A stretch of DNA of 62,783 nucleotides, counting the filler, from Octopus bimaculoides (taxonomy: Eukaryota), in the NCBI RefSeq assembly GCF_001194135.2. It is 5 parts of 5 records of this genome, joined end to end, with 100 filler letters (N's around TTAATTAATTAA, not from the genome) between each part and the next. Parts side by side here need not be neighbours in the genome. Positions count along the whole stretch, not along the records: positions 24,263 to 49,493 come from NC_068995.1; positions 49,594 to 56,634 come from NW_026406598.1; 3 more parts are not named here. One strand, written 5' to 3'. A program made the position numbers and the translations under genes. Each line of letters opens with the position of its first letter. The first letter of the stretch is position 1. Shown here in pieces: positions 40,643 through 52,531 of the stretch. The notes below the pieces were generated by a model. It was not told the origin of the DNA. It made no database searches and saw only the letters and a list, made by a program, of their open reading frames with translations.

Positions 40643-41984
40643 GAGATGAGCTCATACATAATGTTTTATTAAGTCAGTTTCACAGTATATTTGATGCCGC
40701 TAACTAGATATATAAATAATAAATACCAAGTTAAATAGCAGAGTGAAATGTTTTTGACAACTAATGACACGTAGAAAGCTTTTTGTGTTACTTTAAATAT
40801 ACGACCAGGTCGTCACTTGGAAACATCGTGTAAACTTATACATGGAAATTTTAGGTAAACAGATTGGTGCAAAATTCAAATATTTGCCAAATACAGACAG
40901 CTTTTGTATTACCACTCGCTAAGGTGCTGCCCCACACTTCATCGGGAAACAGTAAGATCAGTTTGCTTTGGCATTAAGATAGAATACTTCATTAACACCT
41001 GTCAGTCTCGATTGTTATGACGCGAGTAGTCTTATGTGAAGTAACTTTGACTCTCAACTGACAAATGAAACAGCTTCTCTAATTCAGTGTTGTGCAGATG
41101 ACGATATATTCGGGAGGAGGGGGAATAGAGAGCCAACATATAGAAAAACGAAACAAGACTTTGACAAAAGCGATGTAATATGATATCGTGTTTATAGTTT
41201 TAAACCATATGGGTGAGATCTGAGAGGCAGGGATCTTTCAAAAATGATATTTCCAAAACAATAACTGCATAACACTTCATCTAGCTATTAGCAACAAATT
41301 CACATGTGCAGGTCAATAATATTGTACTTATTTATTTTTACTAGACATTTAGATTTTTATGTGGTTTCTTCAATATTTGCAAGTATTAAAGTGTGTCTCT
41401 CTCTTCACCTCCCCAGACTCTCTTTTTCTGAATATTTTCGGTTTTTTTTTCACACTCTCCTATATTGTAGTGAATGACATTCTTTAGTTAGTTTGAAATT
41501 TTTAGCACTACTATATATATATATATATATATATATATNNNNNNNNNNNNNNNNNNNNNNNNNNNNNNNNNNNNNNNNNNNNNNNNNNNNNNNNNNNNNN
41601 NNNNNNNNNNNNNNNNNNNNNNNNNNNNNNNNNNNNNNNNNNNNNNNNNNNNNNNNNNNNNNNNNNNNNNNNNNNNNNNNNNNNNNNNNNNNNNNNNNNN
41701 NNNNNNNNNNNNNNNNNNNNNNNNNNNNNTATGCCTATAACAGTATTTATTTTCAATAAAATTAGGTTATTATTGTACAGCTATGAATACGTGGAAATTG
41801 CTATACACTACCGGAGGTTCCTCACTCTATTCCCAATTAATGTATCACACAAAGGATAAAATATAAGAATTATATTTGAAAATTTAAAAATAGGTTTGTC
41901 ATTACCTTCTAAATAATATAAGACGATGTAGAGTAAGAATGAAGAAACACAATTTAAAATTAGAAACAGTTTTACTAATCGTTT

Positions 41985-42193
41985 CTACTATAGACACAAG
42001 GCCTGAAGTTTGATGGAAAAGAACTAGTCGGTTACATCGAAACCAATGTTTCACTGGTGCTTATATTATTGATCCCGAAAGGATGGAAGGCAAAGCCGAT
42101 CTCGGGGAAATTTGACCTCAGAACGTAAAGACAGACGAATATTGATAAGCATTTTGTCCGGATTGCTATCGACTCTGCCAGCTCACCGCCTTA
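41985..42193 (-). mobile_element. SINE family A
   Basis: Plus strand CCCGAAAGGATGGAAGGCAAAGCCGATCTCGGGGAAATTTGACCTCAGAACGTAAAGACAGACGAA...CTGCCAGCTCACCGCC. Confidence 0.85.
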
Positions 42194-42899
42194 AGCAGTT
42201 CTAACAATGTAAACAAACAGATAATATACGTGTTTTTCATATGTGCCTATTGGCTGCTTGAAAGATTCATTCAAGAAAAATTCCCTTTAAAGCTTCGCGT
42301 GTTAAAAATACAATGACTACCCCAAACTACCCCAAACATGTCGAAGCTGTTTGATTGCATCCAAGATTTTGTATCGACCCTGTAGTTGATTCATGGAACA
42401 CTGAGGCCTGAGTCGAGACTTCAGCAGAACGCATTCATTGCTGACCCGCGCAATGAGTTATGAGATACGAATTTATGTAGGAAGCACGAGTCAGATTCGC
42501 AGGGAATAGTTAGACAGGTGAGCAAGAAATTACTAGAAAAGCTCTTTTGTTTAATCCTACGCAAGGAAGAACTAACAGAGGACGACAAACCAAGACCAGT
42601 ATCATGCAGATTTGTAACGACATAAACTGTGATACCTCTGACATGCCAAATTGGGTGGCGGCTGAGAGTCACAGAAATTCGTGTCAGCAGTGCAACCGTA
42701 TGATGAGGATGAGACGAAATGAACCGCCACGTTTGTGTGTAAAATAACTATTCACAGACAAAACTCATTCTGCCACTTAACATAAAGAATTTACACTGCA
42801 AAGAACATAAATTTTAGCCACTGGATTACATACAAACGACTCCTGTCCAGTTTCACAATTGGCAGATTAAATTTAGAATCCCTCGATTGGAACTAAACA

Positions 42900-43011
42900 T
42901 GTTCAATCAGTCGTATCGGCCATTATTTTTGGCGCAAAATATACCCCTCATGAGGTGTCTTGGGGAAATTTCTACTAGCTCCAAGATTCCGAGTTCGATT
43001 CCAGGCAGTGA

Positions 43012-43081
<70 letters not shown>

Positions 43082-43250
43082 CATCATCATCATAATAACA
43101 ACATCGAAAAATACCCTAGGAATGAGGACCGAGCTTCGAAATTTCCCCAAGATACCAGATGAAGGCTGGAGAGTATATCAGCCGAAACGTTGTGTTAACA
43201 ACAAATAAGATGAGGACAAATATTCGTCAATTGTAAATAAGGTAAATAAC
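42900..43250 (+). mobile_element. Penelope-like pseudo-LTR-type module with inverted ends and internal (AAT)n
   Basis: ~28-bp inverted repeat at 42945-42972 versus 43138-43165 around an (AAT)n tract. Right arm continues into a hammerhead-like motif. Confidence 0.55.
43151..43196 (+). ncRNA. minimal type I hammerhead-ribozyme-like motif, core mutated (CAGAUGA)
   Basis: GATAC-CAGATGA-A-GGCTG-gagagtatat-CAGCC-GAAACGTT-GTGTT: stem II GGCTG/CAGCC, palindromic AACGTT stem III, GUU site, stem I GATAC/GTGTT with G-U pairs. Confidence 0.55.
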
Positions 43251-44424
43251 GTACTATATATGATATATACACTAAATATACGACATCGTTAATACCTATT
43301 AAGTTATGAAACTCTAAAAATTGTCGTTTATTTCTTGAAAACGTGTATGTTAGCCATGAAGTGAAGTTTAAGTAATTAACGAAATAATTTGTCTCAAAAT
43401 TGTAGATTTCGTTGTCTCCTTGATAAATAATTAATGACCATGTCGTGTTGCATCGCAATAACGATGTTATACGTCTATAGACGCTCTTTAGTGATGCTGA
43501 TTTTGATGTTGCTTCTCTGGGATTAAGTGCACATGTTAGATATTTACTATCCATTTGTATGACACCTGCATACCGCTGATTAATGAACGTAAGGAAACAT
43601 TTGTTTCAAAAGAGTATATCTTAGTACAATTGAACTTAATACCGAAACTGAAAAGTGTCGATTGTATAAACGGGCTTAATTCGAATAGGTTGCGTCAATA
43701 TATATACTTCAATGGAGCTGTTGAACAAGTAACATTCGATCCTAGATTTGACTGATTGGTGTAGCAAATCCTTTAAGATATTCTCATATAAGACACTTGC
43801 ATCAGTAATGTCTTTATTTTTAATTCTATGCTCTTTTTAATATGCTTGAATATTGTTATATTCTTAGAGTATGCCCAAACCATATATTTGTTACAAAGTG
43901 ACATTATTAAATATTATGTCATTTTAGAAATTGCAACGCTATGCTCCTGACACTAAGAATTGTACAACCAAATTGTATACCTGTATAGTTACTTCTTTGA
44001 CTGTTTTTTTTTATTGTTCTGTAAAAGCATTTTCTTTCTAACGATGAAGTTGTGACATTTTTGTTGTTCTTGTTACTTATTTATCCTGAAGTGATTCCTG
44101 ACAGAAGAGATATTTAAAGAATAGAGTTCCCAAGCTATTATCACATCTGTTTGTCTATAGACTACGCAAAATATCCCTGCCCTGTGTAGTTAGAAACAAT
44201 GATATCCGAGGGAAATTTGATTGCTATTTCCGAACTGCTGAGCGACCATTCTTCGAAATTTCTGAGTTATTTCTTCATATTATATTTGTAGCACCATTAT
44301 ATACCTTTCCAATTGAATTAGCATTCTTCTTTCTTTTATTATACGTATTTCAGTCTCTATCTCTCTCACACACACACACATATATAATACGTATACACAC
44401 ACACACACCTACATACATACATAC

Positions 44425-44496
<72 letters not shown>

Positions 44497-46282
44497 GTGT
44501 ATATATATATATGTATACATATATGTATATATATAGATATATACGTGTATATATATATGTATACATATATGTATATATATATATATATGTGTGTATATGT
44601 ATAATATGTACGCATGTATTTGTATATACTTGTGTGTGCGTGTATGTGTGTACATATGTGTATGACGTTATTCTAAATGAATAAGCATATTAAATAGGAG
44701 AGCGAGGCAAAATCAATAGTTATACAGTTGTAAAACATATGAATTTATTATGTTTTTTTTCTTTTATAAGTTCTTTTTCTTTTAAAAAATATTACATTAC
44801 AAAAACTTCAATTTCAATACTTTAGGATAGAACCCTCTGTCATTTTCTTTACAGAAGTGCTTGGTAAATAATTGCTGTCGATATAGAGCACTGCAAGAAA
44901 TGACCTACTTAATTGAACTAATTACATGAATAGCTTTGCCTGACAAGTCATTGATTTCTTTATCCAAAGAAGAAGTCAATAATTTATCCAAACATTCTAA
45001 AGTCTGCAAATGATGTTTGGCGACACAAGCCAACACTAATAGTTTACCTCATATCACAAGTGGACTAAATTTGTCTCTCAATCTGCTAATTAGATGAATA
45101 CTAGTCATTTACTGAGGTCAATGCAACCGAAGAACCGTCTGAAAAATATTTAAATTTCAAATAATAAAGAAACCAAATATATTACATTCAACACAAGCTT
45201 GTAAGTAAGATCCGCGCATAACCAATGTTGTCTATATTACTGCTAGATAACACAAATCAGATGTTCATGAATAAAACAAGTTCAATAACTGAACGTAAAC
45301 TAAGAAATCTACTGTCATAGACGTCCGACATCCTCTCAACTCAGTTCAGCCGCCGCTTTTGCATTCTGTATATCCGTTTCTAATACCGCTGCGATCAATG
45401 GCATACATACTTTATGTTCATATTGGACGGTGATGACTTTATAAAGTCCTTTCCTTTCTAAAAGCAATATCTGCAGCAGAGAAGGAAATGAAATCTGTCG
45501 TAGACACTGCTTCAAGTAATGAGAGAAAGTAGTCATTTATGTGTGAAGTTTGCAGTAATACTTGGCTTCCTGAAATTTGGGCAAGATTCTAGCAAACAGA
45601 TTTGCTGATGCATGCATATGTACATAAATTCAAATGTATACATCTAAATGTCTATGTATTATGTATGTACATACAAACATACACACACACATATATACAT
45701 ATGCATATATTGCAAACCAAATGCAAAAACGAAATATGTATATTTATATATACACATAAATATTCATATATATGTATATATAAATATATGTGTAAGTATA
45801 TATGTACATTAACATATGCATGCATACATTTATATATACACCCCCCACACACAAACACACATTTATATATATGTATACTAAGACACATACATACTTATAT
45901 ATGTTATAATCTGTGAAAACTCACGCACACACACTCCCTTGTACGCGCGTACGCACACACACACATTTATCTCTGTAATCAAATAATTGCGAAACAAAAT
46001 CACGCAGGCACCCACATGAATAAACATTTGTCTGTGTGTCTGCTGAAGTAACGAAGAAGAATCGCTAAATATATATCTGGTAATACCATGTGGATATGGC
46101 AACGGAATATGTTTGAATATACATGCTTATATAATAACGATTACTTATACAGGAAAGAATCAAAATTCCATACAAGAAAGTTGGCAAAACCAGACAATGA
46201 AAGAGGCTGCTACGGGGCCGCACAAACACACGCAACTATACACACACACCCAAAAACCCATACACATACACATACTTACACA

Positions 46283-46314
<32 letters not shown>

Positions 46315-46580
46315 TACATACATACAATCACACACGCATGCACAGTAGGAAAATTATTTAATTTTCTTATTGAAAGGTTGTTTACTGTCTGTCCTCACAT
46401 TTTTCAGTATGTACTATATAGAGGAGACGGTCACTTATTTGCAATAGATTGATGTATTCTACGTACACACGCATTACAACACAAAGCTTGTGCATAAAAC
46501 ACAGATCTACTCATAGCAACGTATGTATTAGCTTGGAAAGAATGTCTAGTCGCATAACAAGATGAGAAAGCAAGACATGG

Positions 46581-46692
46581 TTCTTTGGTCTTACTTGATG
46601 GTCCCCACGTCTTTGGTCTTACTTAATGGTCCCCACTTCTTTGGTCTTACTTGATGGTCCCCACTTCTTTGGTCTTACTTGATGGTCCCCCC
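46581..46692 (+). repeat. 28-bp minisatellite, 4 copies
   Basis: Unit TTCTTTGGTCTTACTTGATGGTCCCCAC at 46581, 46609, 46637 and 46665, with 0-2 substitutions each. Confidence 0.95.
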
Positions 46693-47469
46693 ATCCTATT
46701 AATAACATCACCACAACCATTTGGAACATTTGATCCCTTGGGCATAAAATCTTCAGGTTTCAATGATATTAAAACATTCAATATCATCTTTAACCTCTTC
46801 AACATTAAAACACTATTTTTCCTCTGAATTATGTTGCAAGATTAGCTACGACAATAGTGAAGTGGAAACAGATTAGGAGGTAGATTTCATTTTTTTAAAA
46901 AATCAAATACAAAAAGATTGATTTTCTGAATATCATTATTTACGACTGATGAATGCAAATAATTTTATTTTTCTATTTCGCATTTATACTTACTAAAACT
47001 GATGATAATTTGTTTTTAAATACCAGCAAATGTATTTAAAGGAATTCTTAGTTATGAAGTAGAAATGTTAGGAGTGATTCTCTTGTCAAAATATATAGAG
47101 GAATATATCAAATGTCTCAGAATAGTCGACAATCGGACAATAGTTATGGACGTTGAAATTATAAAATGAGGATAAATATTATTGTACTGATTGTTGAAAG
47201 ACTTATCGAATTAAAACTGGTGTAGTATCATGCTAGGTTTTTATATGTTATCTAATTTTAATAAACGTTTTATGTAAGAATTATTCTATGAAACAGCGAA
47301 TGAAAAAATGGATATTAAGTTTAAGAGTTTCTTCATTTTTTTTTTTGTCGATGCGACAGAGAAAAGTTTTTAATCAAGGGAATGTTTTTTATCAAGTGAA
47401 AGCAGAAATTAAATCACGCAATGTTTCGTCGATTTTTATCATTTAAGGCAATAATACGCGTCGCGTTAA

Positions 47470-47630
47470 GAATTGGGTCTCTATCAATTAACCAAATACC
47501 GCCTTGGACTGATACTATATTTATCAACTGTGGAAGGAGAAAGGAAACAAATCTTCCTTCGTCAGAATCTGAACTCAGATCGAAGACGACCGAGCCAAAG
47601 ACTTAAAAGAATTGCATCCTGCATTTTAAA
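47470..47630 (-). mobile_element. SINE family A, old and degenerate
   Basis: Plus strand TATATTTATCAACTGTGGAAGGAG...AGAATCTGAACTCAGATCG resembles the reverse of the family A body and B-box. Confidence 0.5.
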
Positions 47631-48154
47631 GAATATGCCATTCGGGCACTTATAATTATTTTAACCACAATCTAAAGCAGTGCCTGAATCAATTTCCAGT
47701 AACAACTCACAATCTTCAAAAGTTAGGTACTTCAGAGCTAGATATACTTAACAACAGATTGATCCCTACTGCATTATCATTGATAACAGATTTGCTCAAA
47801 CGGGACACATTTGCGTGAAAGAGACAACACAATTTAGATATGAGCCGCCACTCTTTAGGCACGTTTCATCTTGGGCACTCTAATACCCTTCCAAATAGCT
47901 CTTTAGAAAAAAAAATTCCAGTCTGTACAATTACACTGTAAGGGAATATTTGGTTACAACGCACAAGTATAATAAATACTGTTAACAACCTCGACTATTA
48001 ATCAAAGAGAGATAAATCTTTTGATTTCAAGAATGTGCCCCTTTAGAAATCTATCGTTATTTCAAGTTTTTACTTTCAACCATACGAATTTCTCACAGAA
48101 GGTCTTACACTAATATTTTCTGCTCTGCGAAATACTCCCATAATTCTTACTCAA

Positions 48155-48234
<80 letters not shown>

Positions 48235-48758
48235 CTTAACATATAACACCCCGATCTTTCTAGAAGCGTAGTTGAAAGATAGTCTCAGTGTACTGATTAA
48301 AACCTTCAGCATTTCGGCTAATGGGCCAACGCTATGCGCGACCCATTGTATCATTAAATAATTCATAATTCGGATTTATCAAGAGAATAGTTATCTTTGT
48401 CTACAGGTTGCGTAGGATCTCACCAGGAGATCCTATTCAAGCAGATATATTTGATGAAGTTACCAGGGTTATTTATGAGCAGAAATTAATTGTTTGACAT
48501 AAGAGAGCAGGAACTAAAATGCTCTAAGTTTGACGTATCTACATAAAATACAGTTGGAATATTTTCTTTAAAACTGATCTCCAACATTTAATAACCGCTT
48601 ATATGATCTATATTCTGTTATATAAAGATATGCATAAGTTGGCAATACTTTCAAAGTTAGATGACACTTAACTCCTACACATTTTTCATAGACTGCGTAA
48701 CCAAGAACATACACGCACACACAGACACCCACATGTATATATATATATATATATATAT

Positions 48759-48805
<47 letters not shown>

Positions 48806-49117
48806 AGACAGAGAGAGACCCTCATTTTTACATGTCCGATCGGATGTACACACAAATAGACACATGCACACTCAAATATACACAAGCACCGTCTGGATAT
48901 TCAGGTGTTAAAAACAGACACATTATACGTAGGAACGTAGCTGTTTACATTAACACATACGCTACATACACTCAGACGAATTCACATGTATAGATCAAGT
49001 ACTTCAGTTCACATAAGAGCACGCCCAATGAAGCACATGCACACACACACATACATGCACACACACAGATACGTGCACANNNNNNNNNNCATGCACACAC
49101 ACAGATACGTGCACACA

Positions 49118-49163
<46 letters not shown>

Positions 49164-49593
49164 ACATACACACATACACATTCACAGAATGATGAAAAAA
49201 CTTAATCCTATACATTTTATGTATAGACGTACGCACATGTAAAATACATACATACATACATATAAGTAGCATTTATGTATGTGTGTATGTATGTGTGTGC
49301 ATGTGTAGAAAATGTGTGGCTTTGTAGGCAACTGAGAGTGAGAGCGAGCGAGAAAGAGGAGGAGAGGTAGAGAGATGGAGGGATAGAGAGGGATACAGAT
49401 AGAGAGAGAGAGAGAAAGAGAGAGCAGGTGTGAGAGATAGACCAGATGAGAGAAACAGAAGGTGACACAAGAGAGAGAGAGAGAGAGAGAGAGNNNNNNN
49501 NNNNNNNNNNNNNNNNNNNNNNNNNNNNNNNNNNNNNTTAATTAATTAANNNNNNNNNNNNNNNNNNNNNNNNNNNNNNNNNNNNNNNNNNNN

Positions 49594-50440
49594 TGATGAT
49601 GATATCATTATCATCATCGTTTCCAAACTAGCATAGATTGAACGATTTGACTGAGGACTGGTGAAACCGGATGGCAACACCAGGCTCCAGTCTGATTTGG
49701 CAGAGTTTCTACAGCTGGATGCCCTTCCTAACGCCAACCACTCATATATATACATATATATATATGTATATATATGAGTGGTTGGCGTTAGGAAGGGCAT
49801 CCAGCTGTAGAAACTCTGCCAAATCAGACTGGAGCCTGGTGTTGCCATCCGGTTTCACCAGTCCTCAGTCAAATCGTCCAACCCATGCTAGCATGGAAAG
49901 CGGACGTTAAACGATGATGATGATGATGATGATATCATTATCATCATCGTTTCCAAACTAGCATAGATTGAACGATTTGACTGAGGACTGGTGAGCCAGA
50001 TGGCTACACCAGGTTCCAATCTGATTTGGCAGAGTTTCTATGGCTGGATGCCCTTCCTAACACCAACCACTCCGAGAATGTAGTCGGTGCTTTTACGTGC
50101 CACCGGCACAAGCACCAGGAAGGTGATGCTGCTAATGGTCACGCTCAAATGGTGCTATTTACGTGCCACTGGCACGGAAGCCAGACTGCTGCTCTGGCAA
50201 CGATCACGCTCAGACGGTGCTCTTAGCGCTCCACTGGTACAGGTGCCATCACGATTTCGCTTTCACTTGCCCCAACAGGTATTTGCAAGCCGAATTCAGT
50301 GTCCAATGAAAGAAACGTTGGCATGGGTGCCAGTCGTCGAATTTAGTTCGATTTCGATTTCACTTGCCTCAACATGTCTTCGCAAGTGGAGTTTAGTGTC
50401 CAATGAAGGAAAGGTACACATAAGTGGACTGGGGCGCCCC
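49594..50440. mobile_element. SINE family D cluster: two partial copies forming a palindrome plus one longer copy
   Basis: Body GATTTGGCAGAGTTTCTACAGCTGGATGCCCTTCCTAACGCCAACCACTC occurs at 49695 (+), ~49780 (-) and ~50024 (+), with (GAT)n tails. Confidence 0.85.
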
Positions 50441-50459
50441 TAGCAGAGGCCTTGGATTA

Positions 50460-50846
50460 TGTTTATACCTCGTTCAGAGATTTAACATTGCTTGTTTACA
50501 CTTTTTTGAGATCAGTGAATTTTCATCACTGGAAAAAGTATATATGTATTTGCATTGGGAGCGCTTCGCATCGAAGATCGGTGATTATCATATGCTGATG
50601 AAGGGTAAATACCCAGAAACCCGGGTCCGTGCGTATCATATCAGATCGATGATGGGAAGGATGACTTCCCTTTGCAAATACCGACAGGGCACAGAAAGTG
50701 TGTCAATAGCCAGCTGGAGGAGATGTTCTCCTGGGGCTAAAAGCAACAGTAGCATTCACCCTCAGGGTCTAGCCGCATTTAAGTGGCAAATATACTTCGC
50801 GTTGTTGTGCAGTTACTGTTTATACCTCGTTCAGAGATTTAACATT
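50460..50846 (+). mobile_element. 357-bp direct-repeat-bounded unit carrying a hammerhead-like motif (pLTR- or retrozyme-like)
   Basis: Identical 30-mer TGTTTATACCTCGTTCAGAGATTTAACATT at 50460-50489 and 50817-50846, ending in (TA)n. Confidence 0.6.
50589..50633 (+). ncRNA. type I hammerhead-ribozyme-like motif
   Basis: CATATG-CTGATGA-A-GGGT-aaat-ACCC-A-GAAA-CCCGGGTC-CGTGCG: intact CUGAUGA, GAAA and GUC. Stem II GGGT/ACCC, palindromic ACCCGGGT stem III, wobble-rich stem I. Extra A on each side of stem II. Confidence 0.6.
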
Positions 50847-51096
50847 TTATATATATATATATATATNNNNNNNNNNNNNNNNNNNNNNNNNNNNNNNNNN
50901 NNNNNNNNNNNNNNNNNNNNNNNNNNNNNNNNNNNNNNNNNNNNNNNNNNNNNNNNNNNNNNNNNNNNNNNNNNNNNNNNNNNNNNNNNNNNNNNNNNNN
51001 NNNNNNNNNNNNNNNNNNNNNNNNNNNNNNNNNNNNNNNNNNNNNNNNNNNNNNNNNNNNNNNNNNNNNNNNNNNNNNNNNNNNNNNNNNNNNNTA

Positions 51097-51131
<35 letters not shown>

Positions 51132-51142
51132 GTGTATCTATA

Positions 51143-51183
<41 letters not shown>

Positions 51184-51193
51184 TTAAAATTAA

Positions 51194-51662
51194 AATTTAG
51201 GGTATCTAAGAGATACCACCATGGTGTAAATAGCAGTCTAAGCTTGACTCTAAAACCACAATAAATGTTCATATAGAGAAGACGAAGAGAGAAAATAAAC
51301 TAGCAAAAATTGCTGGATAATTCCAGATCCCAGATTTCTGGCTCTGCTTAAGAAATGCGTTGCCTCATCAGTGGAATATATTCAGAAAAGCACATAATTA
51401 CAATAAAGTAGTTGCATAATGTCAACTTAACATGACAATCCCAATATGGGAATCATACTACTGCTATTTAGCCCTAGGAAGCGGTCCAGCTTCCTGGGGC
51501 TAAATAGCAGTAGTATGAGTTCTTTATTGGGGCTGTCACGCTAAGTTGACAGTGTACAACTACTTCACATAATCCTGGTACTCTATGAACATTTATTGTG
51601 GTTTTAGAGTCAAATTTGACTGCTATTTCCAGCATGGTGGTATCTCTTAGATACCCTAAATT
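51194..51662. mobile_element. nested fold-back element (outer ~80-bp arms, inner ~80-bp arms, 30-bp near-perfect terminal hairpin)
   Basis: 51194-51273 versus reverse complement of 51584-51662. About 51405-51482 versus 51489-51567. Stem 51453-51482/51489-51518 has one G-U pair and a 6-nt loop. Confidence 0.85.
51320..51377 (-). ncRNA. type I hammerhead-ribozyme-like motif
   Basis: Minus strand ATTCCA-CTGATGA-GGC...GCC-A-GAAA-TC-TGG-GATC-TGGAAT: perfect 6-bp stem I, stem III A-U-C/G-A-U with a 3-nt loop, AUC site. One extra A before GAAA. Confidence 0.6.
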
Positions 51663-51817
51663 ATAATTTCAAATAATTATTACCTTTGATGGTTTTTATT
51701 CCCATGCTGGCCACTTGATAAGATCAGTATTTAAATATCGATCTTATCCTTATTTATATATATTTATATATATATAAGTGTTTAGTATTTGTACCCTCAT
51801 GTATTATTCACCTTCTT

Positions 51818-51859
<42 letters not shown>

Positions 51860-52277
51860 ATGTATGTGTTTATTTATTTACGAAATGATGATGATGATAT
51901 GATGATAGATATTTAAAGCTCACTCTCTTAAATCTGTTATCACTAACTTAACTATTGTGTTTTTGTGTTTGATTTCTAAATGGATTGTGACCAGGAATAA
52001 GTAACCCCATGAATGGTTTCCCCTTTTATTCACAGATTTGGTTATGTTTGCCTTGAGAGGCCTTGAGAAGGCAACCTCTCTGGTTTTGGTGCATGATAAA
52101 ATATACTGAGTACGTTATGTGAAGTGACTGATTATTGATTGTAGAGAGGATATTTTAGTCATGTTAAAGGTGTGATAACATCTCTAGTGCTCCTGCTGAA
52201 AATACACTTAGTGTACTCTGTAAAATTGTTGATTATAGGAAGAGCATTCAATCATAGAAGCCATGACAAAAAGGTAA

Positions 52278-52531
52278 GAAAAAGGTAACAAAAAGGTGGT
52301 GAGTTGGCAGAAGCATTAGCACGTCAGGCAAATGCTTAGTGGTATTTCGTCTGCCATTTCGTTCTGAGTTTAAATTCTGCCGAGGTCGACTTTGTCTTTC
52401 ATCCTTTCGGGGTTGATAAATTAAGTACCAGTTATGCGCACAGGGGTCGATGTAATCAACTTAATCCCTTTGTCTGTCCTTGTTTGTCCCCTCTGTGTTT
52501 AGCCCCTGGGGGGGGGGGCAATAAAGAAATA
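52278..52531 (+). mobile_element. SINE family A subfamily with alternative 3' tail and 22-bp target-site duplication
   Basis: Head GGTGGTGAGTTGGCAGAAGC, tail TCCCTTTGTCTGTCCTTGTTTGTCCCC...CAATAAAGAAATA. TSD AGAAGCCATGACAAAAAGGTAA at 52256-52277 and 52532-52553. Confidence 0.9.

Noticed and set aside
42360-42760. Possible DNA-transposase C-terminal Cys-rich remnant
   Set aside because: Only scattered Cys and His residues, with no alignable DDE or piggyBac motif by eye.
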